Source: a virus. From it: a stretch of DNA of 64,000 bases. Both the position numbers and the translations under genes were made by a program. The stretch spans positions 17,324 to 81,323 of IMG/VR virus record IMGVR_UViG_3300044617_002446. One strand, 5' to 3'. The notes beneath the pieces were generated by a model that saw nothing but the letters and a program-made list of their open reading frames with translations, had not been told where the DNA came from and ran no database searches. Shown piece by piece: positions 9,118 to 18,915 of the stretch (positions are counted from its first letter, which is position 1; each line of letters starts with the position of its first letter).

Positions 9118-10196
9118 ACAATAAAGACCTATTATCAAACTATCTAAAAAGCAACAAAGAAGATCACTTTAATTTTGCCGGAGAACAGGACTATATATTA
9201 TCAACCGGAAGTTTAATTTTTGATGTAGAACTTGGTGGAGGGATTCACCCTTCAATTTTGCGCTTTAGCGGAGTTTCTGGAGGAGGAAAAACAAGCTGCG
9301 CTCTTTCAATGATGAAAAACTTCTTATCAGAATCAAAAAATAGAAAAGGTTTTTATATAAAAGCAGAAGGAAGGCTATCTAAACAGATAATTGATCGTTC
9401 TGGTGTAAAATTCGTTGATGACGCAGAGGAGTGGGAGGATGGAACTTGCTTTGTATTTAAAAGTAATATATATGAAACGGTTGCAAATCTGGTTGCCACA
9501 TTAATTCAAAATAACGAGGCAAAAACAAATTATTTTTTTATTGTAGACAGCATGGATGCCCTTTTACCAAAAGGAGATAAAGATAAAACTTTTGAAGAAG
9601 CCGTGAAAGTAAGTGGTGGCGCCGTTATCTCGTCTCATTTCTTAAGGAAGATGGCTCTGCCTTTTTCTGTCGGTGGACATATTTGTGCTCTAATTTCCCA
9701 AGTAAGAAGCGAGGTTAAAGTTAACCAGTATGCCAAAACAGATCCACGTTTAACAAACGCATCTGGAGGCTCAGCTCTTTTGCATTATTCGGATTGGATT
9801 TTTGAATTTTCTCCAAGATATAAATCTGATTATATTACGGCAACCATCAATGGTAAAGAACAAAACATCGGGCATTGGGCTAAAATAACATTTAAAAAGT
9901 CTCCAAATGAAAAAGATGGAAAAGAAATAAAATATCCAATTAAACACAACCAGAATGACGGAAACTCTGTTTGGATAGAATATGAAATCGCAGATTTAAT
10001 GCTTACATGGGAAATGGCTAAAAAAGCAGGAGCATGGATAAAAATAGACCAATCTTTAATTGAAGAATTAAAATCAAATAAAATTTCATTTCCAGAATCT
10101 GTTCAAGGAATAGATAACTTAAGACTAGCATTAACAAACAATCCAGAAGCGTGTAATTTTCTTTTTAAGAAATTTAAAGATATATGCTTAACATAA
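9114..10196 (+). CDS. RecA/UvsX-like recombinase
   Basis: STGSLIFDVELGGG, Walker A GVSGGGKTS, Walker B FIVDSMDAL, ISQVR, SGGSALLHYS. Confidence 0.9.
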   Translation: MNNKDLLSNYLKSNKEDHFNFAGEQDYILSTGSLIFDVELGGGIHPSILRFSGVSGGGKTSCALSMMKNFLSESKNRKGFYIKAEGRLSKQIIDRSGVKFVDDAEEWEDGTCFVFKSNIYETVANLVATLIQNNEAKTNYFFIVDSMDALLPKGDKDKTFEEAVKVSGGAVISSHFLRKMALPFSVGGHICALISQVRSEVKVNQYAKTDPRLTNASGGSALLHYSDWIFEFSPRYKSDYITATINGKEQNIGHWAKITFKKSPNEKDGKEIKYPIKHNQNDGNSVWIEYEIADLMLTWEMAKKAGAWIKIDQSLIEELKSNKISFPESVQGIDNLRLALTNNPEACNFLFKKFKDICLT

Positions 10197-10199
10197 AAA

Positions 10200-10613
10200 A
10201 TGTTTATTTTAAATCTAAAAGGCAGACCTGTAAAAATAAATATTAATAAATCTAGAATAAAATGGGATAAAAAAGTCGGCAGCAATGCTCAATTCAAAAC
10301 CAAGCAATTTTTTAAATCTTTTTGGGTTCAGGATCTTGTTTGTGAAGAATTTGTAATACCTCAATCAAGATTAAGAATAGATCTAATAAATTTTACAAAA
10401 AAGATTATAGTTGAAACATCTGGTCAACAACATGAAAATTTTGTGGAATTTTTCCATGGAAATAGAGTCGGTTTTTTAAAATCAATAAAAAGAGACTATT
10501 CAAAAATTAAATGGTCAGAGATAAATGATTTTCTTTTTTTAGAAATTTATGATACTGAGACAGATTTGTTGAGTGAAGACTTTATACAAAAAAAATTCAA
10601 TTTAAAACTATGA
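10200..10613 (+). CDS. PD-(D/E)xK-fold endonuclease (Vsr/DUF559-like)
   Basis: EEF..RLRIDL..IIVETSGQQH..RD..K pattern. Confidence 0.65.
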   Translation: MFILNLKGRPVKININKSRIKWDKKVGSNAQFKTKQFFKSFWVQDLVCEEFVIPQSRLRIDLINFTKKIIVETSGQQHENFVEFFHGNRVGFLKSIKRDYSKIKWSEINDFLFLEIYDTETDLLSEDFIQKKFNLKL

Positions 10614-10912
10614 GTAAAGAAAAATATAATCAAAATTTTGAGCTACCTGAATCAATTTTATCTCAAATGGAAGAGATGAGTGGTGGCGGATATATAATAT
10701 TTATTTTAGATGCAGGAAACACGCCCTCAGTGTACGAAAGTTTTGATGGATACGGACAAGAAAGCCAGGTTAAAAATTTTGCATTAGACTTTTTACAGGC
10801 GGAAAGAGAGGCTAGAAAAGAAATATTTAAAAGAGATATAATTGCGAATATGGAAAATCAAAACGACGACGACGAAGAAGAGGAGGAGGGCGATCAAGAT
10901 AATACTGATTGA
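10610..10912 (+). CDS. Hypothetical protein with acidic C-terminal tail
   Basis: 100 aa ending in DDDEEEEEGDQDNTD; directly upstream of the helicase. Confidence 0.65.
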   Translation: MSKEKYNQNFELPESILSQMEEMSGGGYIIFILDAGNTPSVYESFDGYGQESQVKNFALDFLQAEREARKEIFKRDIIANMENQNDDDEEEEEGDQDNTD

Positions 10913-10951
10913 CCTTTATCAAAAAAAGCGTTATTAGTTTGGTGAACCATA

Positions 10952-12460
10952 ATGATATTTTCAATTCCTGTAGAAAAACACGTTGTTGCGGGCTGCTTAA
11001 AATACCCAAAACTTTTTTTTGAAATCGATGCATTTGTTTCAGAAAAAGATTTTTATCATGAAATTCATTCCGTTATTTATTCTGTAATAAAATCAAATAT
11101 CTCTCAAAACGAGAGCGTGGACAACGTTCTTATCAGTGAAAAAATAAAAAATCTAGGAATAACATTCAAAAATCAGATAAATATTTTTGACTACCTGCAA
11201 AGTCTCAGTCTCATAAATCTTTCCGAAAAGGCTTTTATAGAAGCGGCAAAAACACTAAAAACTCTTACTGTCAAAAGAGAAATATATCAAACCGCCGAAA
11301 AATTAAAAGAAAAAATGACGGCGAAAGAGGACATGACCGCAGATCAAATCATATCTGCCGCAGACGCCATTTATAATGAAAAAATAAGTGCATACGATTT
11401 ATTCGAAGAACCTACAAACATCTTTGAAGACGCCAAAGAACAAATAGAGCTAATAGGTAACACGCCCGTTGATGATTCGGGGTTCAGAACGCCGTTCAAT
11501 GATTTCAATAGATTATACGGAGGATTAAGACCAAAAAACCTTTATGCGTTTGTTGCCAGACCAAAATCTGGAAAAACGACCATGCTTTGCGATTTAAATT
11601 ATAAAATCTGTAACGAAATAAACAAAGGCGAAATATCATGCCTATATTTGGATACAGAAATGGAAACACTTGATGTTCAAAAAAGACTCGTTGCTTCAAT
11701 ATCTGGAGTGCCATTTTGGTATATAGATACCGGCAATTGGAGAAAAGATAAAGAAATGACTCAAAAAGTCAGAGCTACATGGTCTAAAATAAATAATTTT
11801 AAATTTTATCATTTAAAAGTAGGAAACAAGACTATCAGTGAGGTTCTTTCTATTGCCAGAAGATGGTATTATTCCAAAGTTGGTCGAGGGGAGAAAGCAA
11901 TAATTACATACGATTATTTAAAAATGACAGGAGAAGGCGTATCCGAATCCTGGAAGGAATATCAAGTAATTGGCGACAAAACAGATAAATTAAAAAAACT
12001 CGGCGAAGAATTGAATTGCGCCGTACTTACTTCCACACAAATGAATAGAAGTGGTGAAAGCCAAAATAGAAGGGCTGGTGGATTTGCAGATGACTCATCC
12101 GCCATCGCGCTTTCAGATAGGCTTCAATGGTTTGCCTCATATGTTGGTATTTTTAGAAGAAAAACTGTTGATGAAATAGAAGAAGATGGAGAAGAGTGGG
12201 GCACGCATAAATTAATTACAACGGCAAGCAGATTCCAAGGAAAAGATGCAGCTGGTCACGTCGATCTAGTTGAACGAATCGTTGATGGTGAAAGAAGATA
12301 TGTTAATAATTACATTTCTTTTGATGTAAAAAATTTCAATGTTGAAGAAAAAGGAAGCCTAGATCAACTTATAAAAAGAAATGGATTAAGATTTCAAATT
12401 TTTGATAGAGATGGAAGGCTAGTTGACCAAGAAAATCAAAATGAAGACGGGCTTTTATAA
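10952..12460 (+). CDS. dnaB: Replicative DNA helicase, DnaB-like
   Basis: DnaB N-terminal domain (E.HV..DFY..H..IY), Walker A ARPKSGKT, YLDTEM, YDYLK, STQMNR. Confidence 0.92.
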   Translation: MIFSIPVEKHVVAGCLKYPKLFFEIDAFVSEKDFYHEIHSVIYSVIKSNISQNESVDNVLISEKIKNLGITFKNQINIFDYLQSLSLINLSEKAFIEAAKTLKTLTVKREIYQTAEKLKEKMTAKEDMTADQIISAADAIYNEKISAYDLFEEPTNIFEDAKEQIELIGNTPVDDSGFRTPFNDFNRLYGGLRPKNLYAFVARPKSGKTTMLCDLNYKICNEINKGEISCLYLDTEMETLDVQKRLVASISGVPFWYIDTGNWRKDKEMTQKVRATWSKINNFKFYHLKVGNKTISEVLSIARRWYYSKVGRGEKAIITYDYLKMTGEGVSESWKEYQVIGDKTDKLKKLGEELNCAVLTSTQMNRSGESQNRRAGGFADDSSAIALSDRLQWFASYVGIFRRKTVDEIEEDGEEWGTHKLITTASRFQGKDAAGHVDLVERIVDGERRYVNNYISFDVKNFNVEEKGSLDQLIKRNGLRFQIFDRDGRLVDQENQNEDGLL

Positions 12461-13373
12461 TCAAGACCAAATAAAATACGCTTTAGAAAATTTAGGTTAC
12501 AAGCTTTTAGACAAAGGTAAAGAGTGGAGAGCCAAACCTATTTATAGAGACTCCGACAATGAAACCTCTCTTTCTATAAAGAAAGATTCTGGGTTTTGGA
12601 TAGATTTTGCCAGAAACTATTCTGGCAAACTAGAAGATTTGATAGAAAAAACTTTAAAAAAACCAAAAGGTTTCGGAGAAGCTTGGCTGAAAAAAGAGGG
12701 TTTTTTAAAAAACGAAAAGACAGAAAATGAAAAAAGAGAACAGCTACCTATTTTTTATGAAAAATTTTTCGATAAATCCTTATTAGAAAAACTTTCCTTA
12801 AATTATACATATTGGATAAATAGAGGAATTTCAGAAAAAACATTGAAAGAGTTCGGTGGAGGGCTTTGCACTACTGGAAAAATGAATGGAAGGTATGTAT
12901 TTCCAATTTTTGATGAGTCTAAAAACATTAGGGGCTTTGCTGGTAGATCAATTTATTTAAATAATGATATAAAGTGGAAATTAATAGGTCGTCGAAGCGA
13001 ATGGAAATACCCTCTTTTTATAACAAAAGAATACATAGAATCAAAAAAAGAATGTATAATCATCGAAAGTATAGGGGACGGTTTAAAGCTTTGGGAAGCA
13101 GGAGTAAAAAATTTTATAATTTCGTTTGGATTAAATAGCTTGGAACATTTATATTATCCATTGATATCTCTTGACCCTAATAAAATAATAATATCATTCA
13201 ATGACGACTATAAAAATGGTAAATCAAACGGCGCAGGAAATTTAGCTGCCAAAAACTTTCAAAAAAATCTATTATCATTTTTTAATAAAGACCAAGTTGT
13301 TATAAAATTTCCAACAAAAAATGATTTTGGCGAAATGACCACAGAAGAAATACTCGAATGGAAGAAACTATAA
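12441..13373 (+). CDS. DNA primase, DnaG-like TOPRIM
   Basis: YWINRGIS, RYVFPIFD..IRGFAGR, IIIESIGD, FNDD..GAGN, NDFGEM; ATG at 12441 preferred. Confidence 0.85.
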   Translation: MKTGFYNQDQIKYALENLGYKLLDKGKEWRAKPIYRDSDNETSLSIKKDSGFWIDFARNYSGKLEDLIEKTLKKPKGFGEAWLKKEGFLKNEKTENEKREQLPIFYEKFFDKSLLEKLSLNYTYWINRGISEKTLKEFGGGLCTTGKMNGRYVFPIFDESKNIRGFAGRSIYLNNDIKWKLIGRRSEWKYPLFITKEYIESKKECIIIESIGDGLKLWEAGVKNFIISFGLNSLEHLYYPLISLDPNKIIISFNDDYKNGKSNGAGNLAAKNFQKNLLSFFNKDQVVIKFPTKNDFGEMTTEEILEWKKL

Positions 13374-14362
13374 AAAAAATAAACTACCTTAGTGCGTCAA
13401 AAATAAAAACTTTAAACAGTTGTACTTGGCAATATTATTGTGCTTATGAACTTGGAATTCCTCAAAAATCAAACAGCGGCGCAAGTCGCGGGACTATTGT
13501 TCATAATCTTTTTGAACTTATATCAAAACCAAAGCACCAGCATTATATAAATAAAATATGGGTATCTGGTTCTCCAGAAAAAGTGCCACAGATTAAAAAA
13601 TTTCTTATAAATGAATTCAAAAAACAAAAAATATCACTAACTGAAGAAGTTAAACCAATTAAGTCAAAATATGGTAAAAAAAACAATTGGGACACCATAT
13701 GCGACATGATTCTGACTACTTTAAAACATGAATTTATAGCAATAAATCATTCTAAAATAATAGATTCAGAATATGAATTTAATATAGTAAATGAAAATCC
13801 AAAGTATGCTGTAAGAGGTTTTATTGACAGAGTAGAAATAGAAAACGAAAATACAATAAAAATATTAGACTATAAAAGTTCTTCCAAAAAGTTTTCCGGA
13901 GAAGATGAGGAGTCAAATATTCAGGCAATGATATATTCGCTTGTTGCTAGAAAAATATGGAAAAATTATAAAAACTATACTGCTTCATTCTTTTTTATGA
14001 GATTCCCAGAAGATCCATATCAAAATAGTGAATTTTCAAAAAATGAACTAGATGGATTAGAACACTATTTAGAATATATTTCTGAAATATTGGAAAATTT
14101 CGACATTAAAAAAGCAAAATCATCAATGGCTGCATTTGACAATGCAAAATCATGGCTTTGCGGAAGAGGCAGCTGGGTTTGCCCGTATAAAAATGCTTTG
14201 ACTTTTTTTAAAGTTTTTGAAAAAAATAACGATGAAAAAAAATATATATCTTCGCATTTTGAATTAAAGGATGCCGAAGAAAAAATTTCTAAAAATAAAA
14301 AAGAAGATGTCTGGGACATAGAAATGGTAGAATATACCGGTTGTCCGGCATTTAGTATTTGA
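13358..14362 (+). CDS. PD-(D/E)xK exonuclease, RecB/Cas4/AddB-like, probable Fe-S cluster
   Basis: SAS..C, GTIVH, RGFIDR, ILDYKS, QAMIY; C-terminal C..C...C. Confidence 0.85.
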   Translation: MEETIKKINYLSASKIKTLNSCTWQYYCAYELGIPQKSNSGASRGTIVHNLFELISKPKHQHYINKIWVSGSPEKVPQIKKFLINEFKKQKISLTEEVKPIKSKYGKKNNWDTICDMILTTLKHEFIAINHSKIIDSEYEFNIVNENPKYAVRGFIDRVEIENENTIKILDYKSSSKKFSGEDEESNIQAMIYSLVARKIWKNYKNYTASFFFMRFPEDPYQNSEFSKNELDGLEHYLEYISEILENFDIKKAKSSMAAFDNAKSWLCGRGSWVCPYKNALTFFKVFEKNNDEKKYISSHFELKDAEEKISKNKKEDVWDIEMVEYTGCPAFSI

Positions 14363-14397
14363 CTAAAAATTAAAAAAAACCTATACATTAATAGGTG

Positions 14398-15153
14398 ATG
14401 ATTATTCCATTTTTTAAATCACATTACTCTTTAAATAAGAGTATTTTGACCTTATCTGAATCTCACGATGGAGATTTGGGACCAAAATCAATTTTAAAAT
14501 TAATAAAAGAAAATAATATTAAAAACGCTTTTCTTGTAGATGAGAACATGAGCGGTTTTCCAGAAATGTATTACAATTCTCAAGAACTAGCAGTTGATAT
14601 TAATTTTGGACTTAGACTAACAGTATGCCAAAATATTAAAGAAAAAAACGAAGCTTCTATAAAAAGTGAATCAAAGGTAATAATTTTTATAAAAAATGCA
14701 AAAGGCTATGAGTGTCTTAGCTCTATATTTTCAATTGCCGCAAAAGATGGATTTTATTATTTGCCAAGAATTGACCTTCAAACTTTAAGACAGAACTGGT
14801 GTGATGATTTGATTTTAGGAATACCATTTTACGATAGTTTTTTATTTAAAAATCATTTTAATATGTCTTCATGTGTACCTGAAGCATTTTGGACAAAACC
14901 AGTGTTTTTCTGGGAAAACAACAATTTGCCGTTCGATTTATTTTATAAACAAATACTTTCTGAATATTTATCGGATAATTTTCCCGATGCTGAATTTTTG
15001 CAAGCACAATCTATTTATTATAACGATAGGGATGATTTTTTAGCTTATTTGGCTATGCGATGCATTGGCAAAAAAAGCGAACTCCAAAAACCCAAACTCG
15101 ATCACTTAAGCAGTTGCGATTTCTGCCTTGAGTCTTTTCTAGAAAAAATTTAA
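14398..15153 (+). CDS. Stand-alone PHP domain of DNA polymerase III alpha
   Basis: KSHYS.. start, NMSGF, INFGL, IKNAKGY..L, YYLPRID match the DnaE N-terminal PHP domain. Confidence 0.8.
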   Translation: MIIPFFKSHYSLNKSILTLSESHDGDLGPKSILKLIKENNIKNAFLVDENMSGFPEMYYNSQELAVDINFGLRLTVCQNIKEKNEASIKSESKVIIFIKNAKGYECLSSIFSIAAKDGFYYLPRIDLQTLRQNWCDDLILGIPFYDSFLFKNHFNMSSCVPEAFWTKPVFFWENNNLPFDLFYKQILSEYLSDNFPDAEFLQAQSIYYNDRDDFLAYLAMRCIGKKSELQKPKLDHLSSCDFCLESFLEKI

Positions 15154-15154
15154 T

Positions 15155-15805
15155 ATGGAAGAAAATTTAATTAGATTTAACAAGAGTATCAAAATTCTTT
15201 TTATTGATTTTGAAACGGCTAACCTATGCCTTTCTTCTAAATTTAATCTTCCGTGGCAAATGGCTCTTCTTAAAACAAAAGGTGGAATTCCAGAAGACGA
15301 AGGTGAAAGTATTTTAATAAATTGGGGCGATGAATTTAAATTTTCAAAAGGCGCACTTGAAATGGCGCACTCTTATTGCAAGAACAAAATGCAATCAGAA
15401 GGACTTAAACCAATCGAAGCATTTCAAAAACTTTCAGATGCACTATCAGAAACAGATGCGATAGCCGGGCATAATATTTTAGGCTTCGATATTTATATGA
15501 TAAAAGGAATGTATGAAAAACTAGGTAGAAAATTTCCAAATATTATCCAAAAGAAAAAAATATTCGATACATTTGCTTTAGCCAAAGGTTATTTTAATAA
15601 TATACCAATTCAAAAAAACGAAAATATAATTTCATATCAATATAAAATGATTAATAATATCATCAAAGGTTCAAAAACATCTCTTTCAAAAGTTGCAGAA
15701 AGCTTCAATATCGAGTATGATCAAGGAATGCTACATGATGCTCTTTATGATCTAAATTTAAATTTAAAAGTTTGGAATAAACTAAAATACCAAATTGATT
15801 TTTAA
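15155..15805 (+). CDS. DEDDh 3'-5' exonuclease (Pol III epsilon-like)
   Basis: IDFET (ExoI), GHNILGFD (ExoII), HDALYD (ExoIII). Confidence 0.9.
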   Translation: MEENLIRFNKSIKILFIDFETANLCLSSKFNLPWQMALLKTKGGIPEDEGESILINWGDEFKFSKGALEMAHSYCKNKMQSEGLKPIEAFQKLSDALSETDAIAGHNILGFDIYMIKGMYEKLGRKFPNIIQKKKIFDTFALAKGYFNNIPIQKNENIISYQYKMINNIIKGSKTSLSKVAESFNIEYDQGMLHDALYDLNLNLKVWNKLKYQIDF

Positions 15806-15808
15806 AAA

Positions 15809-18406
15809 ATGTTTATAAAAGAATTCACAAAATTAAATCTTCCATTTCATGGTGTTATATGTCCAAAAATAAGTTTGGATAAAAAAGATCGCATAGAATA
15901 TGAAATTACCGAAGGAGCTACAAATCTTGAAATTTTGCAAGCACTTTGTAATAAAGGCTTTAAAAGCATGTTGCCGAAATGGAAAGATGAAGGCGCAGAT
16001 ATTCAGTCTTATAAAGATAGAGCAAAACTAGAAGTTGAAACATTAAATAAGTTGAATTTTGTTGATTATATACTTATTGTATGGGATGTTTTTAATTTTT
16101 GTAAGAAAAACGACATACCAACAGGATTAGGTAGAGGTAGCGCGGCCGGAAGTTTGGTTCTTTATCTGCTTGGTGTAACAGGCGTAGATCCGGTAAAGTA
16201 CGGTTTGTTTTTTCAAAGATTTGTTTCAGAGGCAAGGGCTAAGCAAAAAATAGTTGACGGTACGACATATTTAGATGGAAAAATGATTGCTGACATTGAT
16301 AGTGATATTTGCTATTATAGAAGAAAGGAAGTTATGAAGTATTTGGATGAAAAATACCCAGAAAGAACATCAAAAATGCTCACGGTTTCAACTCTTTCTG
16401 GAAAGGCTCTTATTAAAGACTGCGGAAAGATTATAGGTGAAAAAGAGGAGGTAGAAATGAATAAGATAACATCATTGTTTACTTCTAAATATGGAAAAGT
16501 TGCTGAACCCGAAGAAATGTATGAATCTAGTGAGGAATTTAAAAACTGGTGTGATGAAAACGCCTTAGTTTATTCGACTGCTTTAAAATTAAAAAACCTT
16601 ATTAGAAATAAGGGGGTTCACGCCTCTGGAATACTTGTAAGTCATGATAAACTTATAAAAACAACCCCAACAGAGCTTACAGCCGATAAAGAGATAGTTT
16701 CATCATTTACAATGGATTGGGCTACAAAAATAAATATTAAACTAGATCTACTGGGCTTGAAAAGCGTTTCTGTAATTCATGAAGTTTCAAAAATAACAGG
16801 AATAGATTATAAAAATGTTGACTTAGAAAACTATGAGAAAATATATGCTCATCTTCAAGACTTAAAGCACCCCAAGGGGTTATTTCAAATTGAGGCGGAT
16901 GTAAATTATAAAGTTTGCCAGAAAGTCAAACCAAAAAATCTAGATCAATTAAGCGCGGTTGTGGCACTAGCCAGACCAGGTGCGCTTGACTATGCTGATC
17001 AATATGCCACGTATGCCATTACAGGGGTAAAGCCGGAAATCGATCCAATTATAGAATCCGTGCTAGAAAAAACAGGAAATATTTGCTTATATCAAGAGCA
17101 AGTAATGTCTATGTTTAATAAAATTGGATTTTCACTAACAGATTCAGAAGAAATTAGACGCGCAATCGGTAAAAAACTTCCAGAAGAGGTAGCAAAATGG
17201 AAGCCTAAAATTTATCAACAATGTGAAAAACAAGAAATAAAAAAAGAAACAGCTGATCAGATCTGGAAAGTCTGTGAAGACAGCGCGAATTATCAATTTA
17301 ATTTATCTCACAGTATTTCATATGGTGCCATGTCTGCTCTCACTACTTATTTTAAGTTTAATCATCCAAAAGAATTTTTTCTAGCGTTATTAAAAATGGC
17401 TAAGAATGAACAAGATTCGTTAAATGAAATAAATATCATTTCACAAGAAATGAAACATTTTGGAATAACTTTACTGCCGCCAGATCTAGCAAAAAGTGGT
17501 GAAGATTTTGAAATTGAAGGAAATAATATCAGGTATGGTCTTTCTGCAATTAAGGGGATTAGCAAAAAGATTATAGAAAAGATGATAAACTTTCGAAATA
17601 GTTATTCTTCAAAAATTGATTTATTTATAGCTGCAAAACAAGCTAAAATATCAATTGGAGTTTTATCTGCACTTATTCAAGCCGGCGCATTGGAAAGTGT
17701 AAATAGCAAATCAAGAAGCCGCCTGGTATTAGAGGCACAAACATGGAATTTACTTAAAGATAAAGAAAAAATAATTGTAAAGCAATTAATTGATGAATGC
17801 AAGTATTCCGATATTTTGCTTTGCGTTAAAGCCATGTCTGAATCAATAAAAGACGAAAAAGGAAAACCCTTAATTAGAGAATCTAGATTTAAAACAATTA
17901 AAAAAGATTACGATAAGTTTAAAACTATTTACTTGTTAAATAGCCGCAACGAAGAGCTTGCGAATTTCTTTTACGAAAAACAACTTCTTGGCATGCCATA
18001 TAGCCAAAGTCTTTCTAAAATTTATTCTAAAAAGAATGAAAATATAAAACAAATTTATGACATAAACAATCTGGAAGACAAACAAGCAGGACTTTTTGTT
18101 GGAATAGTAAACGACATTTTAAAAAGAACATCGAAAAATGGAAACCCATATATTAAATATAGTATTGTAGATGAAAGCGATACAATAGATTGTTTTCTTT
18201 TTTCTTCTGCCAGGAGAGATAAGGTTGCTGAATGCAAAGAATTTAATGGAGGAAAACTTCCAGAAGAAGGGGATATTGTCGTAGTAAAAGGAACAAAAAA
18301 AGATGGTAAAGCTTGCTATATTGAAAAGCTAGGCATCCAAAGCGCAAAAATATATATGGCTTTAAGAGAAATAAAAGATATAGATTTAATTGAAGATGAT
18401 GCTTAA
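15809..18406 (+). CDS. dnaE: DNA polymerase III alpha catalytic subunit lacking PHP
   Basis: GLGRGSAAGSLV, DIDSD, HASG, KLDLLGL, LFQ, RPG, YQEQVM, FNLSHS, IRYGLSAIKG, C-terminal OB fold. Confidence 0.93.
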   Translation: MFIKEFTKLNLPFHGVICPKISLDKKDRIEYEITEGATNLEILQALCNKGFKSMLPKWKDEGADIQSYKDRAKLEVETLNKLNFVDYILIVWDVFNFCKKNDIPTGLGRGSAAGSLVLYLLGVTGVDPVKYGLFFQRFVSEARAKQKIVDGTTYLDGKMIADIDSDICYYRRKEVMKYLDEKYPERTSKMLTVSTLSGKALIKDCGKIIGEKEEVEMNKITSLFTSKYGKVAEPEEMYESSEEFKNWCDENALVYSTALKLKNLIRNKGVHASGILVSHDKLIKTTPTELTADKEIVSSFTMDWATKINIKLDLLGLKSVSVIHEVSKITGIDYKNVDLENYEKIYAHLQDLKHPKGLFQIEADVNYKVCQKVKPKNLDQLSAVVALARPGALDYADQYATYAITGVKPEIDPIIESVLEKTGNICLYQEQVMSMFNKIGFSLTDSEEIRRAIGKKLPEEVAKWKPKIYQQCEKQEIKKETADQIWKVCEDSANYQFNLSHSISYGAMSALTTYFKFNHPKEFFLALLKMAKNEQDSLNEINIISQEMKHFGITLLPPDLAKSGEDFEIEGNNIRYGLSAIKGISKKIIEKMINFRNSYSSKIDLFIAAKQAKISIGVLSALIQAGALESVNSKSRSRLVLEAQTWNLLKDKEKIIVKQLIDECKYSDILLCVKAMSESIKDEKGKPLIRESRFKTIKKDYDKFKTIYLLNSRNEELANFFYEKQLLGMPYSQSLSKIYSKKNENIKQIYDINNLEDKQAGLFVGIVNDILKRTSKNGNPYIKYSIVDESDTIDCFLFSSARRDKVAECKEFNGGKLPEEGDIVVVKGTKKDGKACYIEKLGIQSAKIYMALREIKDIDLIEDDA

Positions 18407-18429
18407 AAAATTATAATAATTTAAGCATT

Positions 18430-18915
18430 ATGAAACTAAACAACATTCAATTTTATAAACCTAATTCTTCTAATAAAGGCATAGCGGTTTCCTTGTCTTT
18501 TAACGAAAAAGACGGGGGAGTATATTTTTCTTTTATTAAGCAACATAGCTGGGACGCCGCAAAAAAAATAGGTTCTTTCAAAGGCAATACTGAAAATCCA
18601 AAAGCCAAAAAAAATATTAAATTTAATGACGTAGAGGTTTCTGGAATAATCAGGGCAATTGAAAAAGAAGATAAGTGGAGCGCTTATCATAAATTTAATA
18701 ACGATTCTGGCGTTTCAATTAGTTTTTCTCCATATATTAAAGAAAATGTAATGTCTGGCTACGGATTGAGAATAGTAGATTCAAAAGACAAAGAAAATGT
18801 ATTTTCTGTTGGCTTCACAAATGACGAAGCAGTAAAGTTAAGAGAATGGTTAAAAGAAAGCTTGAAAGAAGTTTTTAGATTAGAAAAAGAAGAAACAACA
18901 GAAAACAATAAATGA
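18430..18915 (+). CDS. Putative ssDNA-binding protein, Whirly/PC4-like fold
   Basis: Duplicated beta4-alpha pattern (FYK..A..GVYFSF..WD..F..E; H..ISFSP..GYGL..F..E); adjacent to dnaE. Confidence 0.5.
   Translation: MKLNNIQFYKPNSSNKGIAVSLSFNEKDGGVYFSFIKQHSWDAAKKIGSFKGNTENPKAKKNIKFNDVEVSGIIRAIEKEDKWSAYHKFNNDSGVSISFSPYIKENVMSGYGLRIVDSKDKENVFSVGFTNDEAVKLREWLKESLKEVFRLEKEETTENNK

Noticed and set aside
13358-14362. Cas4-like nuclease as part of a CRISPR system
   Set aside because: It is a solo PD-(D/E)xK exonuclease in a replication cluster with no array or other cas genes.
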